A DNA stretch of 58,496 bases, counting the filler, from Sphacelaria rigidula (Eukaryota): NCBI GenBank assembly GCA_964200075.2. It is 9 parts of 9 records of this genome, joined end to end, with 100 filler letters (N's around TTAATTAATTAA, not from the genome) between each part and the next. Parts side by side here need not be neighbours in the genome. Positions count along the whole stretch, not along the records: positions 32,556 to 38,966 come from CAXNAA020020240.1; positions 39,067 to 45,476 come from CAXNAA020020241.1; positions 45,577 to 51,986 come from CAXNAA020020242.1; 6 more parts are not named here. One strand, 5' to 3'. Made by a program: the position numbers and the translations under genes. Within the stretch, counting starts at the first letter, position 1; every line of letters starts with the position of its first letter. The notes beneath the pieces are model-generated. The model was not told where the DNA came from, made no database searches, and worked only from the letters and a program-made list of their open reading frames with translations. Below are positions 34,811 to 47,906 of the stretch, one piece after another.

Positions 34811-36501
34811 AGATGGACACCAGAGTCACTTCTTCATTTTTCTAGCGAAAATGAGACCGATTCAACAGATGGAGACACCCGAGCGATATAAGAGCCGACG
34901 AAAGTATTTACCTTTTGACAGGACAGGACAGGACGTGGTTTGCAAACGAATTTCAAGCCAAACTGGAAGGAAAAGTGTCGATTCAGCCCAGCAGCAGGGG
35001 CACGATGGCCTTTGTGTGCCTCCATATGTACAGTATTGTTAAGTGACCTTTTGTGAGTGTGCCTAAGAGAGGCACGGGACCTCTACAAAGTACGCATTTT
35101 ATTTCATGCGCTTGTGCTGATGATTCTCTTAGCATCAAACTTCGGTGAGGAAGCAACACTTGAAAAAAGGATGACAATATCTTCAGGTTGACGAACCCCA
35201 TCAGTTTCACGGACGCGGGTGTTTGGCGCCAGGATGTCATGCCAAAATATCACGCCAGGGTGTTTCGGGCCAGGGTGGGAGGATTGAAAGCACACAAAAT
35301 CGCTGTCATAGCTAGCATGTACCTTTTCAGGGTGCAAAGGGTCTTGGCTCCAGTTGACCGAGAGCTTTGGTCGTATATCTATTGTTGACAGCATGACTAC
35401 TTGATTTTAGAGTTGAGGAAATCCTGAGAAATTTCATGGTTTGGGGCAGGTGAGCAGTGGACCCAGCTCGTCCAGAACGTGTTCTTGCCGAAATCGGTGC
35501 CTGCATCGTCGATTCCAGGTCTGCCAACGCACACTTTACTTTGCCTAGGGGAACCCATGCATCCCCCTTGCCCGAGGGTCTTGTATGACTTGGGTCGGGG
35601 TTAGGGCTAGGGTTTTAGCATTATTGTTAGTTTGTTCGATAAAATCAACCATATATATAAGACCAAAACTTTAGGTCGCCTCCTTGGCTTCTTGTAATCG
35701 AAATTTGTTCGGCACGTGCTCAGGCCACCAGTTGCGCTACATGGTATGCCATGCACCGAAAAGCGTCCCAGCGCAGGAACTTCAGCGGCGCCAGCGTACT
35801 CCCAAATGCCGCGTCTACGCACCACCCGCGCCCAGCGTGTGCCACTGCGCCTTTCCCATCTCCTCCATATCCGCAACAAGACTGACAAATGCATTGTGCA
35901 CCGCAAATTCACGTGATTTTCATGCACGTGTTGTCTTCTGGGTTGTTACGCCAAGCCAGTTCCTCACACGGTTTGCTTTTCCCAAGGTGACGCCGTGGGC
36001 AAACAGTAGCCGGGTCGACCTTTAACAAGTCGCTTTAAGATAACATTCTCTGTGTTTCCTTGGTTAGACGTTCATCATTATGAGGAAAACTGCGGATACC
36101 CTTCCCCCCTCTTTTGCTTGGTCATAGAAAAGAGACATGGTACAGTCCGATAAAAGTGTCTGACGAACGTTCTCGCCATCAATCCCATAGATGTACTGAT
36201 GGGCGCTTTCGACAGAGCGACTAAGATATGTTCAATGAACACGCCTTCTCTTAATTTAACTTCAAAACCTGTGAAAGTGCCCTTAGTGAGGCACTATTCG
36301 GGGTGCAGCAAAACTACGATTGAACGTATTACATATGTCGTTGAGTTATAATCTTGATGTGAAACCTTGTACAGGACAACAACCAGAACACAAGCACTGA
36401 TATGAAGGCACAGCCAGAAGACAACACAGCCCCGCCATGCGTCACCCCGCCGCAAACCACACAGCCGGTGAACAGTACTTCACACTAGACACAGGAATAC
36501 C

Positions 36502-37215
36502 TTACTTCAGAGCGAGAAGCCCATCCGTAAGCGAAGATCGCGCCTTCTTTTCAGTATCACTACGCTTGCCCATCCCATCCCCACCGCCCACCGGTGTGGG
36601 TAACCGATTTCTTCCTCCACCCTCAACTGGTGTACCACCAGGTGTGCTCCCAGGCAGCGGAGTAAGCCCGTCCCCTTTCCCGTGAACACCTCGCCTCGAG
36701 GAACGATGTCGCTTTTTCTGGGACCCAGGAGTAAGACCACCACCGAACGGCGTGTCTCCCCCTCGTCGATTTGCCAATTTCGCGGCTAGCATCCGACCGG
36801 CGGGAGTCAGTGTTGCCGGGGCTGGGGATGCCGGCCCTCGGGGAGAGCGTGATGACAAGTCCCTTCGCCCCGCCGCGGACATGGGAGTTTTCAAAGGGGT
36901 CCTCAGGGAACCTGGCGTGCGTAGGGCTGTGCCTCTGTCGTCCGTTGCCGCTGTTCCAGGCCTCGCCCGCTTACGCCGGGTGTCCTCCGCTTCGAGACGG
37001 TGAGCGAGCTTGTCTCTCGCGGGTAAATCTTTCATTTCGAATTGTCGGCCCCCGCTACGTCCTGGGCCCAGAGTGGCCGCGACGCTTGCGATGTCCACAG
37101 CAGACATTGTGCCCGGAAGGGAGCCGTCCGGTAAGGGTGTCATTCGCGGGTCGAGGATCATGGGCGTGCCGTCGATTGAGCCCCATGTGATCTGCGGAGA
37201 GTCTCCGTCTAAGCC
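36502..37215 (-). CDS. ESS2: Splicing factor ESS-2 (DGCR14/Es2) homologue, terminal exon
   Basis: GLDGDSPQITWGSIDGTP, FEMKDLPARDKLAHRL, LTPAGRML and C-terminal SLTDGLL match conserved ESS2 blocks. Acceptor aaacag|, stop TAA. Confidence 0.92.
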   Translation of the reverse strand, partial: GLDGDSPQITWGSIDGTPMILDPRMTPLPDGSLPGTMSAVDIASVAATLGPGRSGGRQFEMKDLPARDKLAHRLEAEDTRRKRARPGTAATDDRGTALRTPGSLRTPLKTPMSAAGRRDLSSRSPRGPASPAPATLTPAGRMLAAKLANRRGGDTPFGGGLTPGSQKKRHRSSRRGVHGKGDGLTPLPGSTPGGTPVEGGGRNRLPTPVGGGDGMGKRSDTEKKARSSLTDGLLALK

Positions 37216-37655
37216 CTGTTTGGTCGTTGTGGTGCGCACGGTGGGGAGCATAACAAAACATACACGCAACGGGTGACTGCATGGGTGCATGCGGCAACAC
37301 ATCTACAGAGCACTCGTAGGGACTTGGACAGCTCAAAATAGCGCAAGTGCATTGTGGATGCTCGAGTTCAGCTGGAAGCGCAAGAGTTCAGACTCTGAGA
37401 CGGGACGACTCACTTCACCGTATCATCTGATAGTGGGATAAGACGTTTGCCGGGAAAGAAGCGAACCTGCACATTGCCTTGCACACGTTTTTCGTCGATA
37501 CAACCATGAAAGCACACGCGGTGAAATACACGGGGTACTTGAACATGAATCAACAGCACGCTACGATCAAGCATAATCCAAAACCAAGCAAAACTGAGCA
37601 GCGATATTTTTCAGATCGATTCCCTTACTTCGTCGGACAACCGCTTCATGCTCAC

Positions 37656-38531
37656 CGGCACCCTGGATGGCGTCATCGGTACTTCGGTATACTCTTGCGC
37701 ATCCCCAGTCGTCCCACCCGCCAGTAGCTCCTTCACAGAACCTCGAGCAGAATTAGGACTTTCGATTGGCGACGCCCACGCCCCTGCTGGCCGCGGTCTC
37801 GCCTTCGGGACCGGAAAGCGCGTCGCTTCGGCTTGAATACCTTTGGCGTTGGTTTTGACTACAATTGGTGTACGCGGCGCTCGCGGTGCCGCAGGGGGCA
37901 CATCAGTAGCTTTGCCCCTCTGATCTTCGGTCGATGTGTCTCCGCTCGATGACTGCTGACGTTCGCTCTCGTCTACGAAGTCACTCGAACACACGTGGCT
38001 TTCTTCAGAATCTGATCGCGCTCCTTGTTCTTGCGATGGCTTTGACGCCGATGGCCTTTTGTTGAGTGATCTACTAGGGGGCTTCTTCCCTGCTTCGTGT
38101 GCACCGCTTACAGGTTTTTGCCCCTGTTCCACCGCGTGCGCCACCTCGCTTGCGTTCTCCGCTTGTTGCTTGATGAGCGACCGACCTGAAAGTGCTTTGA
38201 TGGTTGAAGCAGCCCCTTCCAGCAGCAGGGGGGGTCCTGATTCCGGTGCTTGCTCAACTCTGCACGTGTCGTTCGAGGAATCCAAAGTTGGCTGAAACAT
38301 GAGTTGGTTTCGAGTGCGGTGCTTCCAGGTGTCTACCTGGTTTGGTCTATGGTCGCTTATTTTCGGGCGGTCAGCGCACGCTGCGTCCATCAGCTCGCGC
38401 CGCTCTACCGACATGACGCTACCGTTGGGCAGGATCAAGAGCTTCGTGGCGGTGGCGTTGCAAGCTTCGCCTCCATCAGCATTATCGTACGCCCAAAAGT
38501 AGCGCCTTCGGAAGGCCTCCTGATCTTTCTC
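37656..38531 (-). CDS. ESS2: ESS2 homologue, penultimate exon
   Basis: RRRYFWAY, DTWKHRTRNQLMFQP, ATRFP and MTPS motifs. Acceptor aaccag|, donor |gtgagc, 876 bp, phase 0-0. Confidence 0.9.
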
Positions 38532-38814
38532 CTGGTTATCGAGTACGAACGCCATTGGCAGAAAACGAACCACGGATGGAACACCGATTGATTACGGATT
38601 GCCACAAACACTGATCGGGCAGTCGCACCGCATCGCTTAGATTTCAAGCCGGTGAAGCCAAAATACGTAGCTAGTTAGTTGTTACTGAGTCGCACTTCAA
38701 CGAAGACGCCATCTAAACACTTCGGCAAAAGGGAACAAAGAGAAATACTCCACAGTGTTCCATCAATATTGATCATCGTAGTTGTACAAACTGTGGCTAC
38801 AGGGCTTCACGCAC

Positions 38815-38966
38815 CTGCAGCTCAGTAAAGGCTTGGTTATCCTCGGACGTGTGCGTGGCAACAAATCTCGTCAGAGCGCCACCTCCGCCAGCCGCTCTCC
38901 CTTCACCCCCCCGCCTCAGCCCCCCCCCCCGCCCACCCCACACCCCGACCCACCATCCCCATCCCC
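38815..38966 (-). CDS. ESS2: ESS2 homologue, upstream exon (partial; runs off the contig end)
   Basis: LTRFVATHTSEDNQAFTELQ corresponds to the conserved L..F...YTSEDN.SF.E block. Donor CAG|gtgcgt, phase 0. Confidence 0.88.
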
Positions 38967-40896
38967 NNNNNNNNNNNNNNNNNNNNNNNNNNNNNNNNNN
39001 NNNNNNNNNNTTAATTAATTAANNNNNNNNNNNNNNNNNNNNNNNNNNNNNNNNNNNNNNNNNNNNCCCGGCTTTGTAGGGATGCGAGGTCAATGGTCTG
39101 ATGACTATGGCAGGCATGATCATGAGTACACCCCCCCCACCCCCAACGTGAGATCCCTGTGTGATGAGTGATAGAATCTTCAATGGAACCATACCAGTAC
39201 GTACTACAATAACACCTGCAGAACTATATCGGAGTACGCAGTATATCACCGCCCTACCCTCACCCGCCTCGAAAGGGATGCGTGGTCAATGATGAAACGA
39301 CTAAGGCAAGCAAGAAATGAGTACGCCGGTTGGCAACAACGCAGTAAAACACGCTATTCACTGCGTAAGCGAGGCAGACGGGTGACCGTTTTTTTCTCGC
39401 TTGCGTTTTTTTTTCGGTAACAATGATGCTGGTCGAATTAGGTCATATTGTGCGGGGGGAAAATCCCAACGCCGCGGAAAGAGGACGATCGTAGCACGTG
39501 TCGTTGAAACAGTGAAACACCCATTTGGCAGGGCAACCCGTGGCCCTCTCTGGAAGAGGCAAGACCGGAAGATGAAGCAACTCATTGGAGGCTATCCATA
39601 TGCAAGATAATTAGTTCGCTTCGGGCCGAACGATATTAGCTGGATGCAGATCACCCTTCATACGACTCACAGAACACATCACGGCGCTTCGCGCTTGGTG
39701 ATTGCGAGCCTGGTCCGGCGAAAACCCGGCGAGCTCCGTCTCGGCTTGTAGGAATGCGAGGTCAATGCTCATACGACAACGGCATGCGATATCATTAGTA
39801 CCCACTGTGTATCTACGGAACTGGAACGAGTGAACGGTGTACAGAATCCTGGGAAATGAGCGAGGAAGGTGGGGGAGGGGGCTGTGCGAACAGAACCTCC
39901 TCTACTTGTGCTCGAAAAGCGAACCGTACCGATCGTCCCAGACTAGTCAAACGCGGCCTCGCTGAGAGCAGGGCAACGACGTGCGAATATTACGGGCACG
40001 TAATGCCAGTCCTGATTCTGATGGTTCCTGATCATCCAGTTGTATCCTATGCCGTACCACGCGTCCTCGGACATGCCCCATCCCTTTCACCAGGTACAAT
40101 TCGCCCCCACCCTTGTTCGCTCACGGGACTGTCAGTGGCTCGCAGGCTAAGAGGGGCATCTCCAGCACCGCGACTTGCGCATGATCGCGAAACTCCTTTC
40201 GATCAATTCAGCAGATCCATTCCTGTTCGGGTAGCTGACAATGTATAGTAGTACAACTTTTAAGCTTCCATTTCACTCGATGGGGATATTCTCGTGGGCG
40301 ATTCGTCACCCTCAACTCTAGAGTTCAAGAGTCGGCACGCGCTGGGAAAAAAAAACGCAGGTCGTGCTCGGGACAACATTCTCCAATTTTGTGTTATATA
40401 AGAATGACATGAGGGAGTGTATGACGATCCGGATCGACTCGGTTCAACCAAAATTTCAAAGAGCGAGGACCGGGGGGCTGTACACTCGTAGGACTCCCAA
40501 CGGTCGATGAGTCGGTATCTCGTTTAGATGTGGTGATGATTTTTGTTTTCTTCGGAATGTCAGTCTTGTTCCTTGTCGATGATATGGAGGCGGTATTTTG
40601 GAATGTTACGCGTCGAGACAAGGCGCACCTCGTCTCTGATGACGCTGAAACTTCGCGTAAGCGTTGGGCGATGCGACATGTGGGTGTCGAAGCGACAGGT
40701 TCGATATATTGCTAGGCGCTCAGGGCGCTGTTTTTTTGTCGCACTTTGAACCCCTGCCCTGCCTCGGGACGAGTCCGCGGTTTCAGGGGATGATCTTATC
40801 TTTTCCCCGGTACACGCCGGGTGCCCCGTCTTGAAAGGGATGTGTGGTCGATGGTCAAACGACCAAGGCGAGCAACAAATAAGTACGCCCCCCTCC

Positions 40897-41126
40897 CTCC
40901 GGTACACGCCTTGCCTTTTGGTTTCGCGGATTGGGTCATGACTATCAGCACTCCCGCACCTCGTCAACTCACGTCAAACAAACTCTATTGAGTACTTTGT
41001 TTACTCACGTTCTCCCGCTGTCCACGGTGGAAATCACATATTACGGAAAAAAAACAACGTATCGGGGATCGAATCCTCATTCTCTCCACCCTAGTGCCGA
41101 CAGTCGGACCATTACACCACCGGGGC
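40897..41126 (-). mobile_element. tRNA-derived SINE
   Basis: Minus strand reads GCCCCGGTGGTGTAATGGT (A box)...GGATTCGATCCC (B box), then a T-run and a body shared with 27390-27620. Confidence 0.7.
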
Positions 41127-42423
41127 GCGGTTGCTGTGTGGGCCGAAACAGTCAGTGGTTATCACCAGTGGCCACATTTTTTTTCTTTTCCGCACTCAAT
41201 TGCCCAAGGACACTTGTGGAGTATACACTATCAAACCGGCGAGCAGGCTGCAACAGATCCTGCCAGCTGTGTCATGATTTTCGTCCGCTCATGGATGAAT
41301 GCTCGACGAAACACAGCTAACAAACACCGATTGGGCTCCGTCATATATATATATATATATATATATAAGGGCACTACTGGGCTCAATGTCTTGACTCCAA
41401 CTTGCGCGACAGCTCCATGTGCAGGTCTTCTCGCGCGTGATATGGGCTCTGGCAAGGACTGCTGCAGAGCTACCTGGCGAGAGGCTAAGGCTACTTACAG
41501 CGCCACAACTTCGCTACCCCAGTGATGCTGATCCGATGCCCACGGAGGTGGTCACTATGGTATTCTTCTCCCAGTATCAAGTTAGGGTAAGGGTGATTAA
41601 GGTGTGTACGTGAATTCTTGGATGATGAATCGATTCGTTGTATGCCCAATACTAGGCGGCGAGCCGGCAGCGCTCGGGAAAAATGTTTGCGTTGTGCGGA
41701 ATTCAAGGGCTTGTTTCCCGAGAAGATAAAGGCAAAAGCTCATTCATCAGGCCCTGGCGTGCAAACTTGTCCACTAGGGGGTGTTATACACCGTCATATA
41801 CTGCTGTCGGTAGCGTGAACGTACGCCAGCTGACCTTCTCTCTTTGAATTCAGTCTTGCATCTCACCATGATCGGGAAGTTAGTTGATCTCTCCTACACC
41901 TTCTCACGCCACGGAAGAACAGCCACCCGTTCTCGTACTCTTCCGTCTACCCCCTCTTGTCTGCCGAACGAAAGTCAGCAGGTTGCGTTGCGGAGTCTGG
42001 TCTGTGCGACGTTGTGCCGCTAAACAGCTGCTACCGGTGGGTGCAAAAGAACAAAAGGTCGACGCGCCTGATATCCTATTCGGATACTCAACTCACGGAA
42101 ATTATGGTTCTAAGGCTGATGTGAAAGTAGCCAGTTTTACTGTGGTATGGACCGTTATAGCACCTCCTGGCACTGCTGCTGTGCCCCTTGATCACGCAGT
42201 GAAAAGCAATTTCGGAACAAAAAGCGCAGTCCACCTTCTATTATAAGTAGTTCTCACAAAGTCATATACACCGATATCCAACCTATCAATTTACGTTATT
42301 TTCCAAACGCCCCATATCTTGCGGTGGCGAACCAGAAAACACGGGAAAGTGGGCAAGCAAGTGCATGAGCAATACAGAGGGAAAATATCGCTAACAGTCA
42401 CCATCCTGCATCCCGCAAGTCCA

Positions 42424-42669
42424 ATGGTATTTCAAAATGCTGACACTGGTGACAGTGCGTCACCAACAACGGCATGCCAACTGGAAGTATCAGCGCATGT
42501 TTTCGGTAACAAAAGCAGCAACAGCACAAGCGGACCCTGTTTGCTACCTGAAATCCGCATAGACACGTCTCGCCTAGACGAGCTCCTGTCCGGCTTTCAG
42601 CGTCGCCTGGGAGCGCTGGAGACGGCATTCAGCAGGGTTTCTGAATCTGCCGCGGAGGCTGCACACAAG
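42424..42669 (+). CDS. Possible first or internal exon of an unknown coiled-coil protein
   Basis: ATG at 42424, heptad-like RLDELLSGFQRRLGALETAFSRV, donor AAG|gtcatg. Confidence 0.4.
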
Positions 42670-43104
42670 GTCATGTTCACAATGGCAGTCTATGCGCATG
42701 TACATGCAATCGTGTGTGGCGAGCTTCATTGCCTGTGTTGTGGGCTTTACAGTAGATGCATCACAGGGTGAGCGAGTGCATGCTCAGGGGTTTTTGAAAG
42801 TAACAAAAGGTTCAATTACGACCCCCTGCTGTGCAGCAGAACTCGGCCCATGTGCATTAGGAAACGGAATCATCTTCATGTACGACGGAGAGCTGGCACT
42901 CCTGCACTCCGGAATTTGTTCATCCACGTGGTTTGGGCGAATGGTAGAGTAGTAGTGAGATGATTTTCAACGAATATCGTCTGCCCGAACCCCCCCTTCC
43001 CCCCCCCCGAACAATCCAAAACCCATCCAAACCCCACATTGTAACATATGCTTCGTACATGTGGTGCGAGCTGGTTCATGCTCATCACCCAAAAACACTC
43101 ATCG

Positions 43105-43875
43105 GCAAAACCCCACGCCGTGTTTAGGAGTTAGACCCTCAAATTTTGCACACGTAGTCTATATATAGATCATTACGCAACTTTCGAGAGTCGAGGTCTT
43201 CTTTGCTTCTCGACTTTTCCCACCGTTCTTGGGAGGTCCCTTGGGAGGTCCCAGTTATTTCGGGGAAACTTCGATCCAGTCGGACCCCCGTTAAACGGTA
43301 AAAAAAAATGAGAAGACGTCGTTGATACAACGTTGCGTAATGAACCATAGCACTGTTGTGCAAAAGTTCAGGATCTACCTCCTTAAAACGGCGTGAGGTT
43401 TTTCGCGTTTATGAGGTGAACTTTGCCGTGGCACGGTGAAACCGCTAACTACTTGATTTTTGGTGCGAAAATGTCGTTTTTGGGCCTTCTTTTGCGTGAA
43501 CATGATTATTCAAGCATCAGCTAATCGATTTTTGCCACGAAATTTTGTGGGGGCCTTCCTTGGGTTATGCAGCGACAGCTCGTTCGCGAAAATATTAAGA
43601 AACAAATTGCAGTGCCGGTTTTCCGGGGTCAGAATCGAGACTACTTGGGAAAAACGACCTGGATCCCGTCGGACCCACGAGAAAACGATAAAAAGGGCAA
43701 AGAGTAAAAACACCTCGTCCATCGAAACTTGCGTAATGATCAATAGCACATTTGTGCAAAGTTTCAGGGTCTAACTCCTAACACGTGCGTAAAGGTTTGC
43801 GTGTTTGTGCGAGGACGTAAGCTTGACACCTGCAACTCCTAGCTACTTGTTTTTAGGACCAAAACATCGTATTGG
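43105..43875. repeat. Repeat element with one inverted and two direct copies of an 80-150-bp block
   Basis: ttgcgtaatga...tgtgcaaa..ttcag.gtcta.ctcct occurs at ~43332 and ~43728, with a reverse complement at ~43125-43183. Confidence 0.6.
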
Positions 43876-46800
43876 TGAATTTCACGTCAAGGCAAGAAAA
43901 CTACGTAATGTTTTCGAGGTTCTCGATCAGATTTTGTACAGGTGTTCCTTGAATGTTTCCAGGACGCACGATATCATAATTTCTTCTTTTGAGACATCCT
44001 GTAAAATATATATATATATATGGATATATTCCATTTTTAGCATCAATACCTACGAAATTGCCAAGTTTGAGGGTGATTTGAGCTTTTCTACTCCAGACAT
44101 GAGAGAAACCGCCACGAGGCTCCCTGGGTCTTTCGTGCGTATCATTAGTTTTCAATTTCAGAACCATTCGAAGGGTGCTGATTGGTCGAAGTACTTTTTC
44201 GACCTTAGCGCTACCAGTATGGTCCTGAACACAAATCCGACTATATCACGCTCTTCAACTGTTCATGGTGGTCAGTATGATATCATGTATGCGAGTATTG
44301 GGCAGGTACTGTGAAATGCATTTGCTGACGACACAATTTTGGGTGATGAGCGTGAACCAGCTCGTTTTCAGTCCCTTGCCCAGATATTTTTTACTGACTA
44401 TAAGGAGAGGTAATCGTTTTGTCGCGTTAGTCGGTTCGAAATTTACACGAAGATAACCCTCGAAGCTTCATTCAGGCCAGGGACCAACCAGGATCATAAT
44501 GGTGGGGGTTATGATACGATAGGCGCACGGAGATTAAAACTTGCAAGACGACCGGTGGGTCCAACTTGCAGGAGGTTCGATCGATACTGTCATGTCAATA
44601 AAGCAGTTACGGCAGAGGTGTGCGTGCGTCGTCGTGCTTTCGTTGCGCAGTGAACGCATCTTGCGCTCATTTTGCAGGTACTGTGGCAATGACCTACCAT
44701 GTGTGTCACTACCGGAAACGCACCTATCTGGCGAGAATTTTTCGTTTTTACGTGTGTCATATTGGTGTTTGTGTGGAAGATACCTCTTTGCAGTGGCATA
44801 TCAGAGACTGATGCCACACCTGTATAAAGAACCAGCGCAAGCAGGGACAAGGTAAGAACGGTCCGGAAGGACGAGATTACCGAGGACCCTGTAATGCCGA
44901 CGTAACTAGACAACTCGGGGTGAGAGCCGTATATTAGGACGGTCCAACATCCCCCGAGGTACTGGTTGCCCCTTGCGACCACTTCTAGTCTGACCCCCTC
45001 TTGCCTACATATACGAGAGGAAATCATCGCTAGCCTCGGAGTTCCATCAGGACGGCAGTCTTCCCCGTAGGTCTCTGACCACTCTAGCGATACGCCTTCC
45101 TCACATTTGTGCCTCCTTTTTGGAGAGTTGGTGATAGAGAGTTTCTCTCTACTGCTACGGTCTTCAGATTGCTGAGTCACAAACGACTTAAACCTCGCTT
45201 GTCGTGCTGACTTCTATCTGAAGGCTTTAGCGGACGCGTGTCGCGTCTTTCCCGAGGATCGCTCTCTCTTGGCCTGACATACGTGTCACTTGGTTTTGTT
45301 CGTCATATCCTTCCTTGCCCTCCCTCCCCCACTTCCATTTCGGTGCTCCGTCTCGGAAGGGATGCGTGGTCAATGGTCGAACGACTAAGGCAAGCAACGA
45401 ATGAGTACGAGGTCCAATACAATTCCCTCTTTCACTCAACAATATGTCAAAGGGTCAGTTGGTAGCATAGGCGACGNNNNNNNNNNNNNNNNNNNNNNNN
45501 NNNNNNNNNNNNNNNNNNNNTTAATTAATTAANNNNNNNNNNNNNNNNNNNNNNNNNNNNNNNNNNNNNNNNNNNNTTGGGGTCTACCAAGGCCTCACTT
45601 TGTTTAGAGAATGTATGTACCACCCTTGCCCGAGGGTTCTCGGTGTGCGTTGGGTTGGGTCAACCCAACTAGCCTCCTGGCATTCCAGCGTATCGCAAGC
45701 GCGGACGAAAAACGACGCAGTGGCATGCAATATATGGGGAACAATAACGGAAGTAACGGTAGGGTTCTCTATATGGTTTTTGGATCCATGTTGTTCTCTT
45801 CCGATGACGTAAGACATATTTTACCCGACGAGCCTAGATGAGCCCCAAAAGTCGATATGTTCGTGTATTTTCGTGCTTTTGGTCGGTGACACTTTTTGGC
45901 CATTTTGGGGGGTCAGGCGCGCCCATAACAGTTCTTCTTCGTCTTCTTGATTACCTTCTCTTTACCTTCCAGTATTCAATCAATCAATCAATCCAACCTA
46001 CTCAGTAAATCAGTCTCGCCGATGCTTTAAACTTCTTTGGCTGGAAGAGGGGTAAAGGAGTAGTAGTGAGATGGCAGGCGCCAGATGTGAATACTGTGCA
46101 CATCTGGCTGTCACCATCTCTACCATATACAAGCTCATAGTCGTACCCGACCAACTCTGAACAGACCTGCAGTCTTGGATACCGGAACACCAGAAAGCAA
46201 ATAGCCAGACTCGACAACGGATCTGAAGCGGCATGACAACAGGCTAATATGCGTCTTCATGACAATACGTATGACTCATGCTGCATAAATGGAGTTTTGG
46301 AAAGAAGTACGCTTCGTTCACCTCCTATGAATGAAAGTTGAGGAATATGTCCGTGTTATTCATGCTATATGAATGAAGGGGGAGATACATGACTGCTTGA
46401 TTCACCTTGTATAAATGGAAGGTGGGAAACATGTACCGATAACTCATGCTGCACGAATGGGGGATGGAAAACATGTGCATGAATCAACTGGAGAAATACA
46501 TTATGTACCTATGGTTCATGCCGTATGCATGGAAGGTTTCATACAAGTGTTGTCTGCTATCCGCTGTGTAGATGTTACAGTACTATGCTGTGTTGTACTG
46601 CACTGAACTGCGTTGTACTGTCCGCTGATTGCAGTGGGCGGCGCCGGAGTGTTTCCGCGAACTCACGCAAGCATCGAAACCTTACGCAAACATATGGGGA
46701 TGACTCTTGCAGTACTACTGGTGCGGTCTGGAGCTGTCTTCGTGCGGGTATACATGTTCAGGTCAACTGCATCACAGAATAAAACATGAAACCGCAGAAC

Positions 46801-47906
46801 TTAAAATGAAACCGCAGAAAGGCCGTCAATGGCTTAACTAGGGGAAACAAACAGCTAGAAGAATCGCTTTAGGCACGCAGATGCGTGCTGCGTGCTGTGT
46901 TGAACCGTACTGTCTGCGGACTGCAAGTGCACTCTGCCGAAGATATCCCGAAAATTCCCGCGACCATGCGGGGGCGACTCGTGCTGGTGCAATCTTCTTC
47001 GCAGGAGTTCATGGTACTATATACAGCATGTTGAGGTGAACTGTACCACAGTGCAGAATATTGCCGAACCACACATGAAGAAACAAGAGCTTTCAACAGC
47101 TAGCTCGGGAAAATGAATGGCTAAAGGAACCGCTGTGGGCACACAGAGACGCGTATTGCACTATATTTGATGTGTTGTATTACATGCGAGTACAATATTC
47201 AAAATTCGGTTTAGTACGGATTTGGCTCTTGGAGGCGTCGAAAAGCCGCTCCCCGTGAAGTTACAGGTGGGGAACGATATGTGCTCATGATTCATCATGT
47301 CATACGAACAGGAGGTGGGGGACATGTACGCATGATCCATGCCATACGAATGGAAGGTAGGAAACATGTAAGTATGCTTCATGCTGTATGAGCGGAAATT
47401 CGGAAGTATGTACGCTTGATTCACCTCGTAGCAATGGAAGATGGGATATATGTATCTATGTAAAATGTTTCATGCTGCATGGTGGATGGAAGGGGAGGAG
47501 CATGTTGTACCTGTGATTCATTGCGTATGAATGGAAGGTGGGGAACGTGTGCCGATAATCAATGCTGCATGAATGGGAAGTAGGAAATAGTGATGACACG
47601 GTAGGGGCGCACTTTTCAACCTATACGTTTTCTACGACCGCACACCAAGACCCAGATATCTGTCATCGAAGGCTCCTACAGCAAAGAGCCTCAGAAAAAA
47701 AGTGTGCACCACTACCGTGGCATTACTCGAAACATGTACCTATGATTCATGCCAACGAATGGAAGGTGGGAAACATTCGTCGGTGTGCCGCCCGAATCAC
47801 GAATGGTTATGTGTACACTCCAAGCAGTGTCGCACGAACTAGGAACCTGAAACATATACGAATCACAAGTTGTGTACGAACCGTATGGGTGATTCGTACA
47901 AATGTT

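Noticed and set aside
40625..40670. Hammerhead ribozyme (CTGATGA-cgct-GAAAC...GTA)
   Set aside because: There is no stem II, stem I pairs over only 2 bp, and the motif is not conserved in other repeat copies.
44678..44851. Exon between tttgcag and AG|gtaag
   Set aside because: The splice signals are good, but the peptide is unrecognisable and its phase does not join the 42424-42669 exon.
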